Assembly: GCA_023653115.1 (NCBI GenBank)
Contig: JAMNXO010000006.1
Coordinates: 35,869 to 99,868 of the forward strand
From: Erythrobacter sp.
Lineage (GTDB): Bacteria > Pseudomonadota > Alphaproteobacteria > Sphingomonadales > Sphingomonadaceae
Length of the DNA stretch: 64,000 bases
Direction: 5' to 3'
Positions 41,835 to 51,982 of the stretch are shown piece by piece. The notes below the pieces were generated by a model. It saw nothing but the letters and a program-made list of their open reading frames with translations. It did not search any database and was not told the DNA's origin. The translations under genes and the position numbers were made by a program. The stretch's first letter is position 1; each line of letters opens with the position of its first letter.

Positions 41835-43322
41835 TTAGCGCTGGACCAGCGCGGCCGGCCGCAGATCGGCCAGCGCAGCGTCAAAGCGCGCCGCATCCTC
41901 GCCCTGCCCCAGCGCGCGTGCAGCCTTGCTGCGCAGCGACAGCACCGCCGGATCATTCGCGCCGCCCAGCGCAATCGCGTGGTCGAGCAGCAGCCCCGTG
42001 CGCTGCCATTCACCGCGCTGCGCCAGCGACTGCGCGAGCGCCGCAAGGGCTGAGATATTCTGCTGATCGCCCGCAACATAGCGCGCCAGCAAGGTATTGG
42101 CCGCAATGCTGTCGCCGGCGCGGGTATAGGCAAGCACAGCTTTGCGGGTGAGCGGCCACGGCCGCCGCACTCTTGCCGCGAGCGAGTAGGCCTCGAGCGC
42201 GCTGGCCGCATCGCCGCTCCCCAGCCGCGTGTCTCCGGCGAGCAGGGCAATATCGGCCGAAGCCGGGAACTGCGCCCGCAAGGTGCGCGTCTGCGTTTGC
42301 GCCGCCATCCAGTCGCCAGCCAGCCCCGCCTGCCGCAACCCGGCGGTGAGCGCGGGTAGTCCGGCCCCGTCTGCCAGCACCACCGGCGCAGCCGCCGATC
42401 CGCGCGCGGCGCGTTCGAGCAGAGGGGCGGCGCTTGCGCGGTCCCCCAGCCGCTCGTGCGCGCGGGCGACCAGCGTAAGAAGATAGGGTGAGGCTTCGGG
42501 CGTGGCGATTTCGGGCGCAAAGCGGGCCACCAGATCAGCCTCGCGTCCGCCCAGCAGCAGCGCCCGGGCGAGCAGCGCGCGCACCCGCGCATTGGCAGGC
42601 TGGCGCGCAGCCAGCGCTTCGAGCCGCTCCGCTGCGCTGGTGTGATTGCCCTGATCCATATGGATCAACGCCTCCAGCATGATTGCGGACGGCACGCCGC
42701 GTGCGGCCATGCCGCTGCGTTCGAGCAGATTGCGCGCCAGCACCGGCTCGCCGCCGCGCTGGGCCAGCACGGCCTGGAGGTAGAACACCCGCGGATCGCC
42801 GGGGGCGACTTCGGCCAGTTCGCGCACCGCATCCAGCATATCGCCATAGCGGCCGAGATCGCCGAGGGTCGCAGCATACTCGGCCCATGCATCGGCATGG
42901 CCGCGGTCCGCACGCAACGCCGCCTCGAACCACGGCAGGGCATCGGCCAGCCCATGGGCATCGCGCACCATCAGGGCGCGCAGGTAGAGTGCAGGCGCGT
43001 GATCGGGGCCGAGTTCAAGCGCCCGGTCAGCCGCTTCCAGCGCCGTGAGATGCTCGCCGCCGCGATAACGCAGCCGCGCGATGGCAACCCACAAATCGGG
43101 ATTATCGGGCTCAATGGCACGCGCCTTATCGAGCAAGCGCCCGGCATCGGCCAGCGCACCCCCTGCAACTGCGGTGTCAGCCTGCGACAACAACCGCACA
43201 AACGCGGGACTACCCGACGCCGCATCGGTTTTCCCCGCGGGATCGGCCCCCAGACTCCCGCAGCCTGCCAGCACCAGCGCCAGCGCAATCAGCGCGGTCT
43301 GAAGCCTAGGTCTGGAGATCAT
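41835..43322 (-). CDS. TPR-repeat lipoprotein (PrsT-like, PEP-CTERM system-associated)
   Basis: Lipobox LAGC, repeated TPR-like helices, position after prsK-prsR. Confidence 0.75.
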   Translation of the reverse strand: MISRPRLQTALIALALVLAGCGSLGADPAGKTDAASGSPAFVRLLSQADTAVAGGALADAGRLLDKARAIEPDNPDLWVAIARLRYRGGEHLTALEAADRALELGPDHAPALYLRALMVRDAHGLADALPWFEAALRADRGHADAWAEYAATLGDLGRYGDMLDAVRELAEVAPGDPRVFYLQAVLAQRGGEPVLARNLLERSGMAARGVPSAIMLEALIHMDQGNHTSAAERLEALAARQPANARVRALLARALLLGGREADLVARFAPEIATPEASPYLLTLVARAHERLGDRASAAPLLERAARGSAAAPVVLADGAGLPALTAGLRQAGLAGDWMAAQTQTRTLRAQFPASADIALLAGDTRLGSGDAASALEAYSLAARVRRPWPLTRKAVLAYTRAGDSIAANTLLARYVAGDQQNISALAALAQSLAQRGEWQRTGLLLDHAIALGGANDPAVLSLRSKAARALGQGEDAARFDAALADLRPAALVQR

Positions 43323-44670
43323 AGTGCTTGATGAGATCATACAGCGTCGGCCGACTGATCCCGAGCAGTTTGGCGGTGCTCGAGATATTGCCTTCGCTGC
43401 GGGCCAGTGCGTGGCGGATCACCCGGCGATCGGCCGCCTCGCGCGCGGCCTTGAGGTTCAGCACATCGGCGCTTTCCTCCTCGCCATCGACAAAATCGAG
43501 ATCCTCGGCCCCCACCAGCTTGCCATCAGCCATGATCACCGCGCGCTTCACCCGGTTTTCCAATTCGCGGACATTGCCCGGCCAGTCATGCGCGTCGATT
43601 GCGGCGAGCGCATCGGGCGCAAAGCCGGTGACAGCGGGGTTCATCTCGGCGGCAAAGCGCTTGAGGAACACCTTGGCGAGCAGCACCGGATCGCCATGCC
43701 GTTCGGCAAGGCCCGGAATGCGCACCACGATTTCGGCGAGGCGATAGAACAGATCCTCACGGAAAGTGCCGGCCCCGATCATGCTTTCGAGATCCTGATG
43801 GGTCGCGCACACGATCCGGGTGTTGACCGCAATCGCGCGCCGTCCGCCGATCCGCTCGATCGTGCGTTCCTGCAGGAAGCGCAGCAGCTTGACCTGAAGC
43901 GGCAGCGGAATGTCGCCCACCTCGTCGAGGAACAGCGTGCCGCCATTGGCGCTTTCGATCTTGCCCTCGGTGGTCTTGACCGCACCGGTGAAGGCGCCCT
44001 TCTCGTGCCCGAACAGCTCGCTTTCGAGCAGGTTTTCCGGGATCGCAGCGCAGTTGATCGCGATGAACGGCCCGTCGGCCCGGTCGCTGGCATCATGCAG
44101 TCCGCGCGCCAGCAATTCCTTGCCCGTCCCGCTCGCGCCCAGCAGCATCACCGAAACGCCGGTCTTGGCGACGCGTTCAATCGTGCGGGCGACCTTCACC
44201 ATCTCGGGCGCGCCCGTGATCAGGCGGCCCAGCACGGTCTTGTCGGCACTGGCGCTGGCAACCAGACGGCGGTTCTCGGCCTCGATCTGGTGCAGATTGA
44301 AAGCACGTCGGACAATCAGGCCGAGCGCCGCAATATCCAGCGGCTTCTGGTAGAAATCATAGGCCCCGCGCTCGATCGCCTGCAAGGTGCTCTCTCGCGC
44401 GCCGTGGCCGCTGGCGACCACCACCTTGGTATCGGGCTTCAGCGCCATGATCGCATCGAGCACGGCAAAGCCTTCGCTGGTGCCATCGGGATCGGGCGGC
44501 AGGCCGAGATCGAGCGTGACCACCGCCGGCATTTCCGCCCGCAGCGCGGCCAGCGCGCTGTCGCGGTCACCCGCCACAATCACCTCGAAATCATCATAGG
44601 CCCATTTGAGCTGCGCCTGCAGACCGGGATCATCCTCGATCACCAGCAGCGGCGGTTTCTTGTCAGCCAT
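43306..44670 (-). CDS. prsR: Sigma-54-dependent response regulator (PEP-CTERM box regulator PrsR-type)
   Basis: LDLGLPPDPDG receiver, GASGTGKE, GAFTGA, WPGNVREL and Fis-type HTH. Gene context fits. Confidence 0.85.
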   Translation of the reverse strand: MADKKPPLLVIEDDPGLQAQLKWAYDDFEVIVAGDRDSALAALRAEMPAVVTLDLGLPPDPDGTSEGFAVLDAIMALKPDTKVVVASGHGARESTLQAIERGAYDFYQKPLDIAALGLIVRRAFNLHQIEAENRRLVASASADKTVLGRLITGAPEMVKVARTIERVAKTGVSVMLLGASGTGKELLARGLHDASDRADGPFIAINCAAIPENLLESELFGHEKGAFTGAVKTTEGKIESANGGTLFLDEVGDIPLPLQVKLLRFLQERTIERIGGRRAIAVNTRIVCATHQDLESMIGAGTFREDLFYRLAEIVVRIPGLAERHGDPVLLAKVFLKRFAAEMNPAVTGFAPDALAAIDAHDWPGNVRELENRVKRAVIMADGKLVGAEDLDFVDGEEESADVLNLKAAREAADRRVIRHALARSEGNISSTAKLLGISRPTLYDLIKHYDLQT

Positions 44671-46799
44671 CACGCGACCTCCCTTGAAGTGCTTGTGCCC
44701 GGTTCGTCACGCCCGCCAAGCAGACGCACCGCATCTGCCAGCGGCAACACCACCGAAAAGCGGGTGCCCAGCCCCTGACGCGATTCGACCGCGACCCGGC
44801 CGCCCATCGCCTTGACCAGTTCGCGCGCTTCGAACGCGCCGATCCCGAAGCCGTTCGGCTTGGACGAGACGAACGGCTTGAACAGGCCGGTGCGCACGAA
44901 TTCGGGGCTCATGCCGCAGCCTGTGTCGATCACCTCGATCGTGCCGTGCAGGCTTTCGGCGGTGACATCGAGATAGACCGGCATACCCGGCTCGCTCGCA
45001 TCGATCGCGTTCTGCACCAAATGCACCAGCGTTTGTTCCAGCGCTTCGGGATTGCCCATTACCGCGACGCTATCCGCCCGCGTCAGCGCGACCGGATGGG
45101 TCTGGCGGAAGCGTTCGGCCACCTGCTTGGCAAGCTGCGCCAGATCGATCCGGCGCAGATCATTGACCGGGTTGGCCCCATAACGCCCGAGCCGCGCGAG
45201 CAGCGCCGAAAGCTTGTCAGCCGAATTGCGCAAGGTCACCAGCATATCGGCGCGGAAGGCGGGATTATCGGCGTGCTTTTCGGCATTGGCGGCCAGCAGC
45301 GCGAGCTGGCTGGCGAGGTTCTTGATGTCGTGCATCACGAAGGCCATGCGCCGGTTGAAATCGTCAAAGCGGCTGGCATCCATCAGCGCCTGCTGTCCGG
45401 CCTGTTCCGACAGGTAGCTTGCCAACTGCTGCCCTACGACACGCAGCAAATCGAAGTCTTCCCAATCGAGCCTGCGCGGCGTGCGCGGACGAGCCAGCAC
45501 GATCACGCCGACCAGCCGCTCGAAATGGATGAGCGGCACCAGTGCCCAGATATCCTCGGCCTCCATAAGCCACTCGGGCAGATGAGCGATCTCGCCATGA
45601 AGTTCGGTCCCGCCGCGTGCCTCGTCGAGCGCGACAATCAGATTGTGCTGTTCGACCAAGCCGGCAAGGCCGTGTTCGCCTGCCACGGCGGGCACGGCAA
45701 GCGTCGCCCAGTTCCAGCGCGCGGTGAGTTCCAGCTGCGCTTCCTCGTTGGGCATCAACAGCAGACCTGCGGGGCTTTCGGTAATGTCAGCCAGCGCCTT
45801 GACCGCGCGTTCTTCGAGGCTGGCGCTGCCGGCGCCGCTCCGCCCGACCGTGCGGGTGAACCGCAGCCATTCCTCACGGTAGTCATAGCGGTGCTGGAAC
45901 AGATGCTTGGTGGCGGTCACCCGCAGCCAACCGCGCAGTCGTGACGAAGGCAGCGCGGCGATGATCGCCACCGCCGCCAGCGCAAGGAACACCACCTGGC
46001 TGGTGCGCGCGAAATCTCCGCCCACCAACGGCAGCGACTTGGCCACCAGCACCATCAACGCCAGATAGCCGCCGATCAGCAGTAGCGAGAGCGTGCGGAA
46101 AGTGACCGTGCGCGACGGACTGAACTGCACCCGCGGCCCGGCAGGGCTCATCCCCAGCGCAAACAATGCGCACATCACCCCTGCAAACACGCCGCGCAAT
46201 TCGCGCAGCAGCGCGGGATATTCGCCGCCGAGATATGAGATGGTGCCGAGGTTCAGATCATAGGCAAATATCCCCGCCAGCGCGATCACCGACCAGCGCA
46301 GCAGGTAGCGCGATCCGCCCGCTGCGCCAGCATACAGGTTGTGCAGCAGCATCAGCGCGCCGATCCCCACCAGCACGTCGATCAGCATCCGCATCTCGAA
46401 CGCGGCTTGCGCGAAGGCAGGCACGCCCGCGCCGCGCATTTGCAGGCCAAGCACCAGCGGCTGGCACAGTTGCACCAGCACCAGTGCGATGATCACCGGC
46501 CGGATCGGCTTGACGCTTGCCGCGCGGCCATCGGCGCTGAACATCACGTAAATCGCCGCGAACAGCGCCAGATTGCGGGCCATCAGCGCAAGCGCTCCGG
46601 CAGCGTGATCCGGCCCGAGCGCCGCCCCGAAAGCGCAGCCCGCGCAGGCGAATACGCTCGCCGCAGCCAGCGGCTTGCGATCAGGACGCGCTGCATCGCC
46701 GCAGTGCCAGATCCACACCAGCGCCGCGCCGCACAGCAGCGCACCCGCCGTCCAGGCAATAAAGGCCGCCAGCGCGATCTGGTCAGGCAGAATGCTCAC
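44670..46799 (-). CDS. prsK: PEP-CTERM system histidine kinase PrsK-type
   Basis: N-terminal TM region, HLFQHRYDYREEWLRFT, GAF-like region, FVMHDIKN and GFGIGAFEAR. GTGA overlap with the upstream gene. Confidence 0.85.
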   Translation of the reverse strand: MSILPDQIALAAFIAWTAGALLCGAALVWIWHCGDAARPDRKPLAAASVFACAGCAFGAALGPDHAAGALALMARNLALFAAIYVMFSADGRAASVKPIRPVIIALVLVQLCQPLVLGLQMRGAGVPAFAQAAFEMRMLIDVLVGIGALMLLHNLYAGAAGGSRYLLRWSVIALAGIFAYDLNLGTISYLGGEYPALLRELRGVFAGVMCALFALGMSPAGPRVQFSPSRTVTFRTLSLLLIGGYLALMVLVAKSLPLVGGDFARTSQVVFLALAAVAIIAALPSSRLRGWLRVTATKHLFQHRYDYREEWLRFTRTVGRSGAGSASLEERAVKALADITESPAGLLLMPNEEAQLELTARWNWATLAVPAVAGEHGLAGLVEQHNLIVALDEARGGTELHGEIAHLPEWLMEAEDIWALVPLIHFERLVGVIVLARPRTPRRLDWEDFDLLRVVGQQLASYLSEQAGQQALMDASRFDDFNRRMAFVMHDIKNLASQLALLAANAEKHADNPAFRADMLVTLRNSADKLSALLARLGRYGANPVNDLRRIDLAQLAKQVAERFRQTHPVALTRADSVAVMGNPEALEQTLVHLVQNAIDASEPGMPVYLDVTAESLHGTIEVIDTGCGMSPEFVRTGLFKPFVSSKPNGFGIGAFEARELVKAMGGRVAVESRQGLGTRFSVVLPLADAVRLLGGRDEPGTSTSREVA

Positions 46800-48181
46800 C
46801 GTGCGCCCTCCGGCCACAGGATCACCCGCACGGTCTGCAACAGGATCACAAAATCGAGAAAGGGCGTGTAATTCTTAGCGTAGTAGAGATCATACTCGAG
46901 CTTGCGCCGGCTATCCTCGACCGACGCGCCATAGGGATAGTTGATCTGCGCCCAGCCGGTGATGCCCGGCTTCACCATGTGCCGTTCGCCGTAGAAGGGG
47001 ATTTCCTCCTCGAGGCTATCAACAAAGGTCGGCACTTCGGGGCGCGGGCCGACAAAGCTCATCTGGCCCTTGAGCACGCTCCAAGCCTGCGGCAGTTCGT
47101 CGATCCTGAGCTTGCGGATCAGGCGGCCGACGCGGGTGACGCGCGGATCATTCTCTTCGGCCCACTTGGCCCCGTTCTTTTCGGCATCGGTGCGCATCGA
47201 GCGCAGCTTGATGAGTGTAAACGGCTCGCCATAAAGCCCGACGCGCTGCTGGCGGAAGAACGCCGGCCCCTTGCTGTCGAGCTTCACGATCGCGGCAAAC
47301 AGCACGATCACCGGCAGGGTCAGGGCCAGCAGGATGACACTCGCCGTGATGTCGAAGATGCGCTTGACCGCGCTCGAGAACATCCGCGAGCTGGAAAAGC
47401 CGTCGGAGAAGATCAGCCAGCTGGGGTTGATCGTATCGAGATCGACGCGGCCGGTCTCGCGCTCGATGAAGCTGGAAAAGTCGTTGACGTGGACGCCCTT
47501 GGTCTTGATCCGCAGCAGATCCTTCAGCGGCAGCGCGTTGCGGCGTTCCTGCAGGGCCAGCACCACCTCGGACACGCCGAGGTTTTCGACAAAGCGCCCC
47601 AGATCGTGGATCGCCGAGCGCGGGATTGCTTCCTCAACGATGCGCGGATCATCGCTCATCGCGATATAGGAGACGATGGCAAAGCCGGTTTCCGGCTGGT
47701 CGCCCAATTCGCGCAGACGCTGGGCGCGGTCGCCTGCGCCAAGCACCATCACGCGGCGGCGGAAGGCAGAGGAGCCGAGGAAGGAATTGAGCAGCAACCG
47801 GTCTGCCACCAGCACAACAATCGCAAGGCCCATGGTGTAGAGCAGGGTCGAGCGCCAGAAGAAGTCGGTCGGGATGATAAAGTCGATCACCGCCAGCGCG
47901 ATGATGCCGAGGCTGATCGCGACCAGCACCCGCGCACCTGCAAACCGCAAGCTGCGCAGCGCATAGGGCCCGTAAACCCCGACTGCGATCATCGCCAGCC
48001 AGATCACCAGCGCAGTGCCAACCAGCGCCACCCAACGACCGCCGAAATGCGACATCTCCATGCCGATCTGGCCAGCGCGCAGCTGCCACGCCGTCTCGCT
48101 CGCAAGAATGAGCAAGACCAGATCGAGCATACCGAGCAACAGCACGGCGTGCGGGATATAGTGCTTGAACAGGCGGATCAT
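46796..48181 (-). CDS. PEP-CTERM-associated polyprenyl glycosylphosphotransferase (TIGR03013-type sugar transferase)
   Basis: [23 protein letters not shown] and [12 protein letters not shown]. Confidence 0.88.
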   Translation of the reverse strand: MIRLFKHYIPHAVLLLGMLDLVLLILASETAWQLRAGQIGMEMSHFGGRWVALVGTALVIWLAMIAVGVYGPYALRSLRFAGARVLVAISLGIIALAVIDFIIPTDFFWRSTLLYTMGLAIVVLVADRLLLNSFLGSSAFRRRVMVLGAGDRAQRLRELGDQPETGFAIVSYIAMSDDPRIVEEAIPRSAIHDLGRFVENLGVSEVVLALQERRNALPLKDLLRIKTKGVHVNDFSSFIERETGRVDLDTINPSWLIFSDGFSSSRMFSSAVKRIFDITASVILLALTLPVIVLFAAIVKLDSKGPAFFRQQRVGLYGEPFTLIKLRSMRTDAEKNGAKWAEENDPRVTRVGRLIRKLRIDELPQAWSVLKGQMSFVGPRPEVPTFVDSLEEEIPFYGERHMVKPGITGWAQINYPYGASVEDSRRKLEYDLYYAKNYTPFLDFVILLQTVRVILWPEGAR

Positions 48182-48312
48182 TACGGGGGTGGCCTCTTGC
48201 GCTTCCCCGCTGGTCTAGTCCCGAGACCTTAAGTGTCGGTAAACTTTACACCCCCCGCCAGTCCAGCATTTGTGCGGGATGCGAGGGTTAATGCCGGATC
48301 AGGAATTCCGCA

Positions 48313-49665
48313 TCAGGAACCCGGGCGCACGCGCGGCAAGACGCTTGCCATGCGCGCCGGCGCAGGGGTGAGACATTCGGCCTGACCGCAGCGCAGGCAC
48401 GGCGTCCCGAGCGGCACCGCGTCGGCAGGATCGAGCGACACGCCGCGGGCATAGGCAAGCTCTCCGGCAAAGCGCGCCTCGATCCCCAGCACCACCGCCC
48501 GCCGCGCTGCGCACATGACTCCGTCGCCATCCACGGTGCGGGTGATGGTGAACCAGTGGCGCGGGGCCGCCTCGCCCTCGCTGAAGGTGACCGCCTGCGT
48601 GAGCACCGTGCCGGGCCGCTCGAAGGCGCCATAGGGGATCCACGCCGGCCAGCGCGCGCCGTCGAGCGGATAGAGCGCCCCTGCCCCGCCGCCGGTAAAG
48701 CCCACCAGCCGCCCGGCGCGGTCGATGGTCGCCATGAAGAACGGCAAGCCGCGCTCGCCCACCCGCCCCAGCGTGGTGAGGCGTTGCGCCGCCTGATCGA
48801 AGCTGACGGCAAAGCGGCGTTGCAGCACTGCCAGATCATAGCCGGTCTGCTCGCAGGCGCGCAAAAACCGGCGGTAGGGCAGCAGCAGCGCGCCTGCGAG
48901 ATAATCGGTGATGTGCTCGCGCAGGATGTTGCGCGCCTCGCCCGAGGCCAGATTGGCCCCAGCCACCAGTTCCTCGATACCCTCGCGCATTTCCAGCGCG
49001 CCCACTTGCCGCGCAATCTGGAACCGCCGCGCCGCGCCCGGCAGCATCTCGGACAGCTGGAGCTGGCGGGCGTGGAGATCGAGCCGGTGGACTTGCCCCG
49101 GCATCACCTCGGCGGGCAGAATCCGCACCGTGATGCGGTGCTTTTCGCGCAGCCGTTCGCCCAGCGCTGCGCTGATTTCCCCGCGCGCCAGACGCAGCTC
49201 GTCCGCGAGATCCTCGGCGGCATGATCGAGATCGGCAAAGTGGTTCTGCCGGCGCTCGATCGCGCGGCGCGCGGCTGCGGCGGCATCCTCGGCCTCCGGC
49301 ACGGCGCTGCCAGCGTGATCATAAAGCCGGGCAAAGGCCGCGGCCACCTGCGGCGCGGCGGCAAGAAACTCCTGCACCTCCTCGCGGTCAATCCCGAGAT
49401 CGGCAAAGCGCTTGTCGGTCATCCGCCGCACCAGCCCGTCGAGCCCCCCGATTGCATCATCCTCGCGCAAGGAACGCGGATCGAAATCGAACCGTTCGAT
49501 CACCTGCACCAGCACGCGGGCGGAAAGCGGGCGCTGGTTGCGCTCGATGAGATTGAGATAGGACGGCGAAATGCCGAGCATCGCCGCCATGGCGGCTTGC
49601 GTGAGGCCTTCGCGCTTGCGCAGACGGCGCAGGGCGGGCCCGGCGAGAAGATTGGTGTCAGCCAT
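48313..49665 (-). CDS. Short-chain fatty acyl-CoA regulator (ScfR/RamB-type XRE regulator)
   Basis: GISPSYLNLIERNQRPL HTH, ALLLPYRRF, QRLTTL and C-terminal CxxC (CLRC). Divergent from aceA. Confidence 0.87.
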   Translation of the reverse strand: MADTNLLAGPALRRLRKREGLTQAAMAAMLGISPSYLNLIERNQRPLSARVLVQVIERFDFDPRSLREDDAIGGLDGLVRRMTDKRFADLGIDREEVQEFLAAAPQVAAAFARLYDHAGSAVPEAEDAAAAARRAIERRQNHFADLDHAAEDLADELRLARGEISAALGERLREKHRITVRILPAEVMPGQVHRLDLHARQLQLSEMLPGAARRFQIARQVGALEMREGIEELVAGANLASGEARNILREHITDYLAGALLLPYRRFLRACEQTGYDLAVLQRRFAVSFDQAAQRLTTLGRVGERGLPFFMATIDRAGRLVGFTGGGAGALYPLDGARWPAWIPYGAFERPGTVLTQAVTFSEGEAAPRHWFTITRTVDGDGVMCAARRAVVLGIEARFAGELAYARGVSLDPADAVPLGTPCLRCGQAECLTPAPARMASVLPRVRPGS

Positions 49666-49672
49666 GCCGCCA

Positions 49673-49692
49673 TCTGTAAATTACTTTACTGA
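49673..49692. promoter_or_regulatory. Candidate ScfR/RamB operator TCTGTAAA-TTAC-TTTACTGA
   Basis: GTAAA-N4-TTTAC palindrome in the regulator/aceA intergenic region. A second TCTGTAAG lies at 49737. Confidence 0.45.
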
Positions 49693-49844
49693 TTGACACA
49701 AGTTTCCGGGCGATTGTCGGCATAGCGACACGAATTTCTGTAAGTTTTCCTGTCATGCTGCGGCGCAACACGGCAGAGCCTGCCCATCCAACGGCGCGAG
49801 TCCTTTTGGCTCAACCCCCTCCCCAGGACGGACAGGAGACGCAT

Positions 49845-51443
49845 ATGACCTACCAGAACACCATCACCCGGATGCAGGGCATCGTTGCCGCCAACGGGCC
49901 GAGCTGGGCCGCGATCGACCCCGAAAGCGCTGCCCGCATGGTGATCCAGAACCGTTTCGCCACCGGCCTCGATATCGCCAAGCACACCGCCAAGATCATG
50001 CGCGCCGATATGGCCGCCTATGATGCCAACCCCGCGCAATACACCCAGTCGCTGGGCTGCTGGCACGGCTTCATCGCGCAGCAGAAGCTGATCGCGATCA
50101 AGAAGCACTTCGGCACCACCAAGCAGCGTTACCTCTACCTCTCGGGCTGGATGGTCGCTGCGCTGCGCAGCGAGTTCGGCCCGCTGCCCGACCAGTCGAT
50201 GCACGAGAAGACCAGCGTGCCCGCGCTGATCGAAGAGCTCTACACCTTCCTCAAGCAGGCTGACGCCCGCGAACTCGGCATGATGTTCCGCGCGCTCGAC
50301 AAGGCCCGCGAGACCGGTGACGCGGTCGAAGCCAAGCGCCTCGAAAACGCGATCGACAATTACGAGACCCACGTGGTGCCGATCATTGCCGATATTGATG
50401 CAGGCTTCGGCAATGCGGAAGCAACCTATCTGCTCGCCAAGAAGATGATCGAAGCGGGCGCCTGCGCGCTGCAGATCGAAAACCAGGTGTCTGACGAAAA
50501 GCAGTGCGGCCACCAGGACGGCAAGGTCACCGTGCCGCACGAGGACTTCCTCCAGAAGATCCGCGCCTGCCGCCACGCCTTCCTCGAAATGGGCGTGGAA
50601 GACGGGATCATCGTCGCGCGCACCGATTCGCTCGGTGCCGGCCTGACCAAGCAGATCGCCTTCTCGAAGGAGCCGGGCGATCTGGGCGACCAGTACAACG
50701 GCTTCCTCGATTGCGACGAAGTTGACCCCGCCAACATCACCAATGGCCAGGTCTTCATCAGCCGCAACGGCAAGCTGCTCGCGCCCAAGCGTCTGCCCTC
50801 GAACCTCTACCAGTTCCGCGCCGGCACGGGCGAGGATCGCGTGGTGCTCGACTGCATCACCTCGCTCCAGAACGGGGCTGACCTGCTGTGGATCGAGACC
50901 GAAAAGCCGCACGTGGAGCAGATCGCCAGCATGGTCGACCGCATCCGCGAAGTCGTGCCGCACGCCAAGCTAGTCTACAACAACTCGCCCAGCTTCAACT
51001 GGACGCTGAATTTCCGCCAGCAGGTGTTCGACGCGTGGGAAGCTGCCGGCAAGGATGTGTCGGCCTATGACCGCGCCAAGCTGATGAGCGTCGACTACGA
51101 CGGCACCGAACTGGGCGCCGAGGCTGACGAGAAGATCCGCACCTTCCAGCGCGATGCCGCTGCGCGGGCCGGTATCTTCCACCACCTCATCACCCTGCCG
51201 ACCTACCACACGGCCGCCCTCAGCACCGACAACCTCGCCCGCGAATACTTCGGCGAGCAGGCTATGCTGGGCTACGTCAAGAACGTGCAGCGCGAGGAAA
51301 TCCGTCAGGGCATCGCCTGTGTGAAGCACCAGAACATGTCCGGCAGCGACATCGGTGATGATCACAAGGAATACTTCGCTGGCGAAGCCGCGCTTAAGGC
51401 CGGCGGCGCGCACAACACGATGAACCAGTTTGAGGCTGCGTAA
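49845..51443 (+). CDS. aceA: Isocitrate lyase
   Basis: YLSGWMVA, IIADIDAGFG, EKQCGHQDGK and YNNSPSFNW. AGGAG RBS. Confidence 0.96.
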   Translation: MTYQNTITRMQGIVAANGPSWAAIDPESAARMVIQNRFATGLDIAKHTAKIMRADMAAYDANPAQYTQSLGCWHGFIAQQKLIAIKKHFGTTKQRYLYLSGWMVAALRSEFGPLPDQSMHEKTSVPALIEELYTFLKQADARELGMMFRALDKARETGDAVEAKRLENAIDNYETHVVPIIADIDAGFGNAEATYLLAKKMIEAGACALQIENQVSDEKQCGHQDGKVTVPHEDFLQKIRACRHAFLEMGVEDGIIVARTDSLGAGLTKQIAFSKEPGDLGDQYNGFLDCDEVDPANITNGQVFISRNGKLLAPKRLPSNLYQFRAGTGEDRVVLDCITSLQNGADLLWIETEKPHVEQIASMVDRIREVVPHAKLVYNNSPSFNWTLNFRQQVFDAWEAAGKDVSAYDRAKLMSVDYDGTELGAEADEKIRTFQRDAAARAGIFHHLITLPTYHTAALSTDNLAREYFGEQAMLGYVKNVQREEIRQGIACVKHQNMSGSDIGDDHKEYFAGEAALKAGGAHNTMNQFEAA

Positions 51444-51491
51444 GCCGCAGCCTCGTAGGAACCAGTTCGAAGCTGCCTAAGCTGTGGTTAG

Positions 51492-51523
51492 CCGGAAGGT
51501 CGCTGTTTTGCGGCCTTCCGGTT
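51492..51523 (+). terminator. Hairpin after aceA
   Basis: CCGGAAGGTCGC/GCGGCCTTCCGG stem with no strong U-tail. Confidence 0.4.
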
Positions 51524-51575
51524 GCCCGCCGAAGCGCCTAAGGACTCGGGCCACACGCGCCTGAGGAGAGTGACG

Positions 51576-51761
51576 ATGAGCGATACTGACACCCCCAAGA
51601 CCGAGCCCGCACGCGCCCGCGCGCTGCTCTCGACTGCCGATATGAAGCTGCTGCGCCGTGCGCTGGAAAGCCACGCCCGCAACACCGAGGACCGCGAGGA
51701 GCTGGCCAAGATCAACGCCCTGCACCATCGCCTCGGGACTTACGTCCCGGCGTCGGAATAA
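51576..51761 (+). CDS. Small hypothetical protein (61 aa)
   Basis: GAGGAG RBS, GC3-biased codons, followed by a terminator. Confidence 0.7.
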   Translation: MSDTDTPKTEPARARALLSTADMKLLRRALESHARNTEDREELAKINALHHRLGTYVPASE

Positions 51762-51792
51762 CCTGTTTCACAGTTCTCCTGGGGAGGAGAAA

Positions 51793-51844
51793 CGGCCGTC
51801 GGAATGCGCCCCCAAAGGCGCGCTCCGGCGGCCGAATTTTTGTT
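51793..51844 (+). terminator. Intrinsic terminator
   Basis: CGGCCGTCGGAATGCGCC/GGCGCGCTCCGGCGGCCG stem followed by AATTTTTGTT. Confidence 0.6.
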
Positions 51845-51880
51845 CACCAGCAATCTGGCGATAGCAGACAGCAACGGTTG

Positions 51881-51973
51881 CCCAGCAACCGCAAGGCCGA
51901 CTGGCCGCCCGCAGCGACGCGACCTTCAGGTCGTATGAGCGAGGATTTCGCATCGCGGAGGCGATGCGGAACC
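51881..51973. repeat. Structured ~90-bp intergenic repeat, copy 1
   Basis: 43 bp identical to 54107-54149, then TGAGCGAGGATT and a covarying hairpin. Confidence 0.85.
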
Positions 51974-51982
51974 TACAAAGAC

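Noticed and set aside
41795-42592. Long N-terminal extension of the symporter ORF, and similar extensions of serB, miaA, phoU, pstB and the flavodoxin-like gene
   Set aside because: The extensions overlap neighbouring real genes in other frames. Family-typical starts lie downstream.
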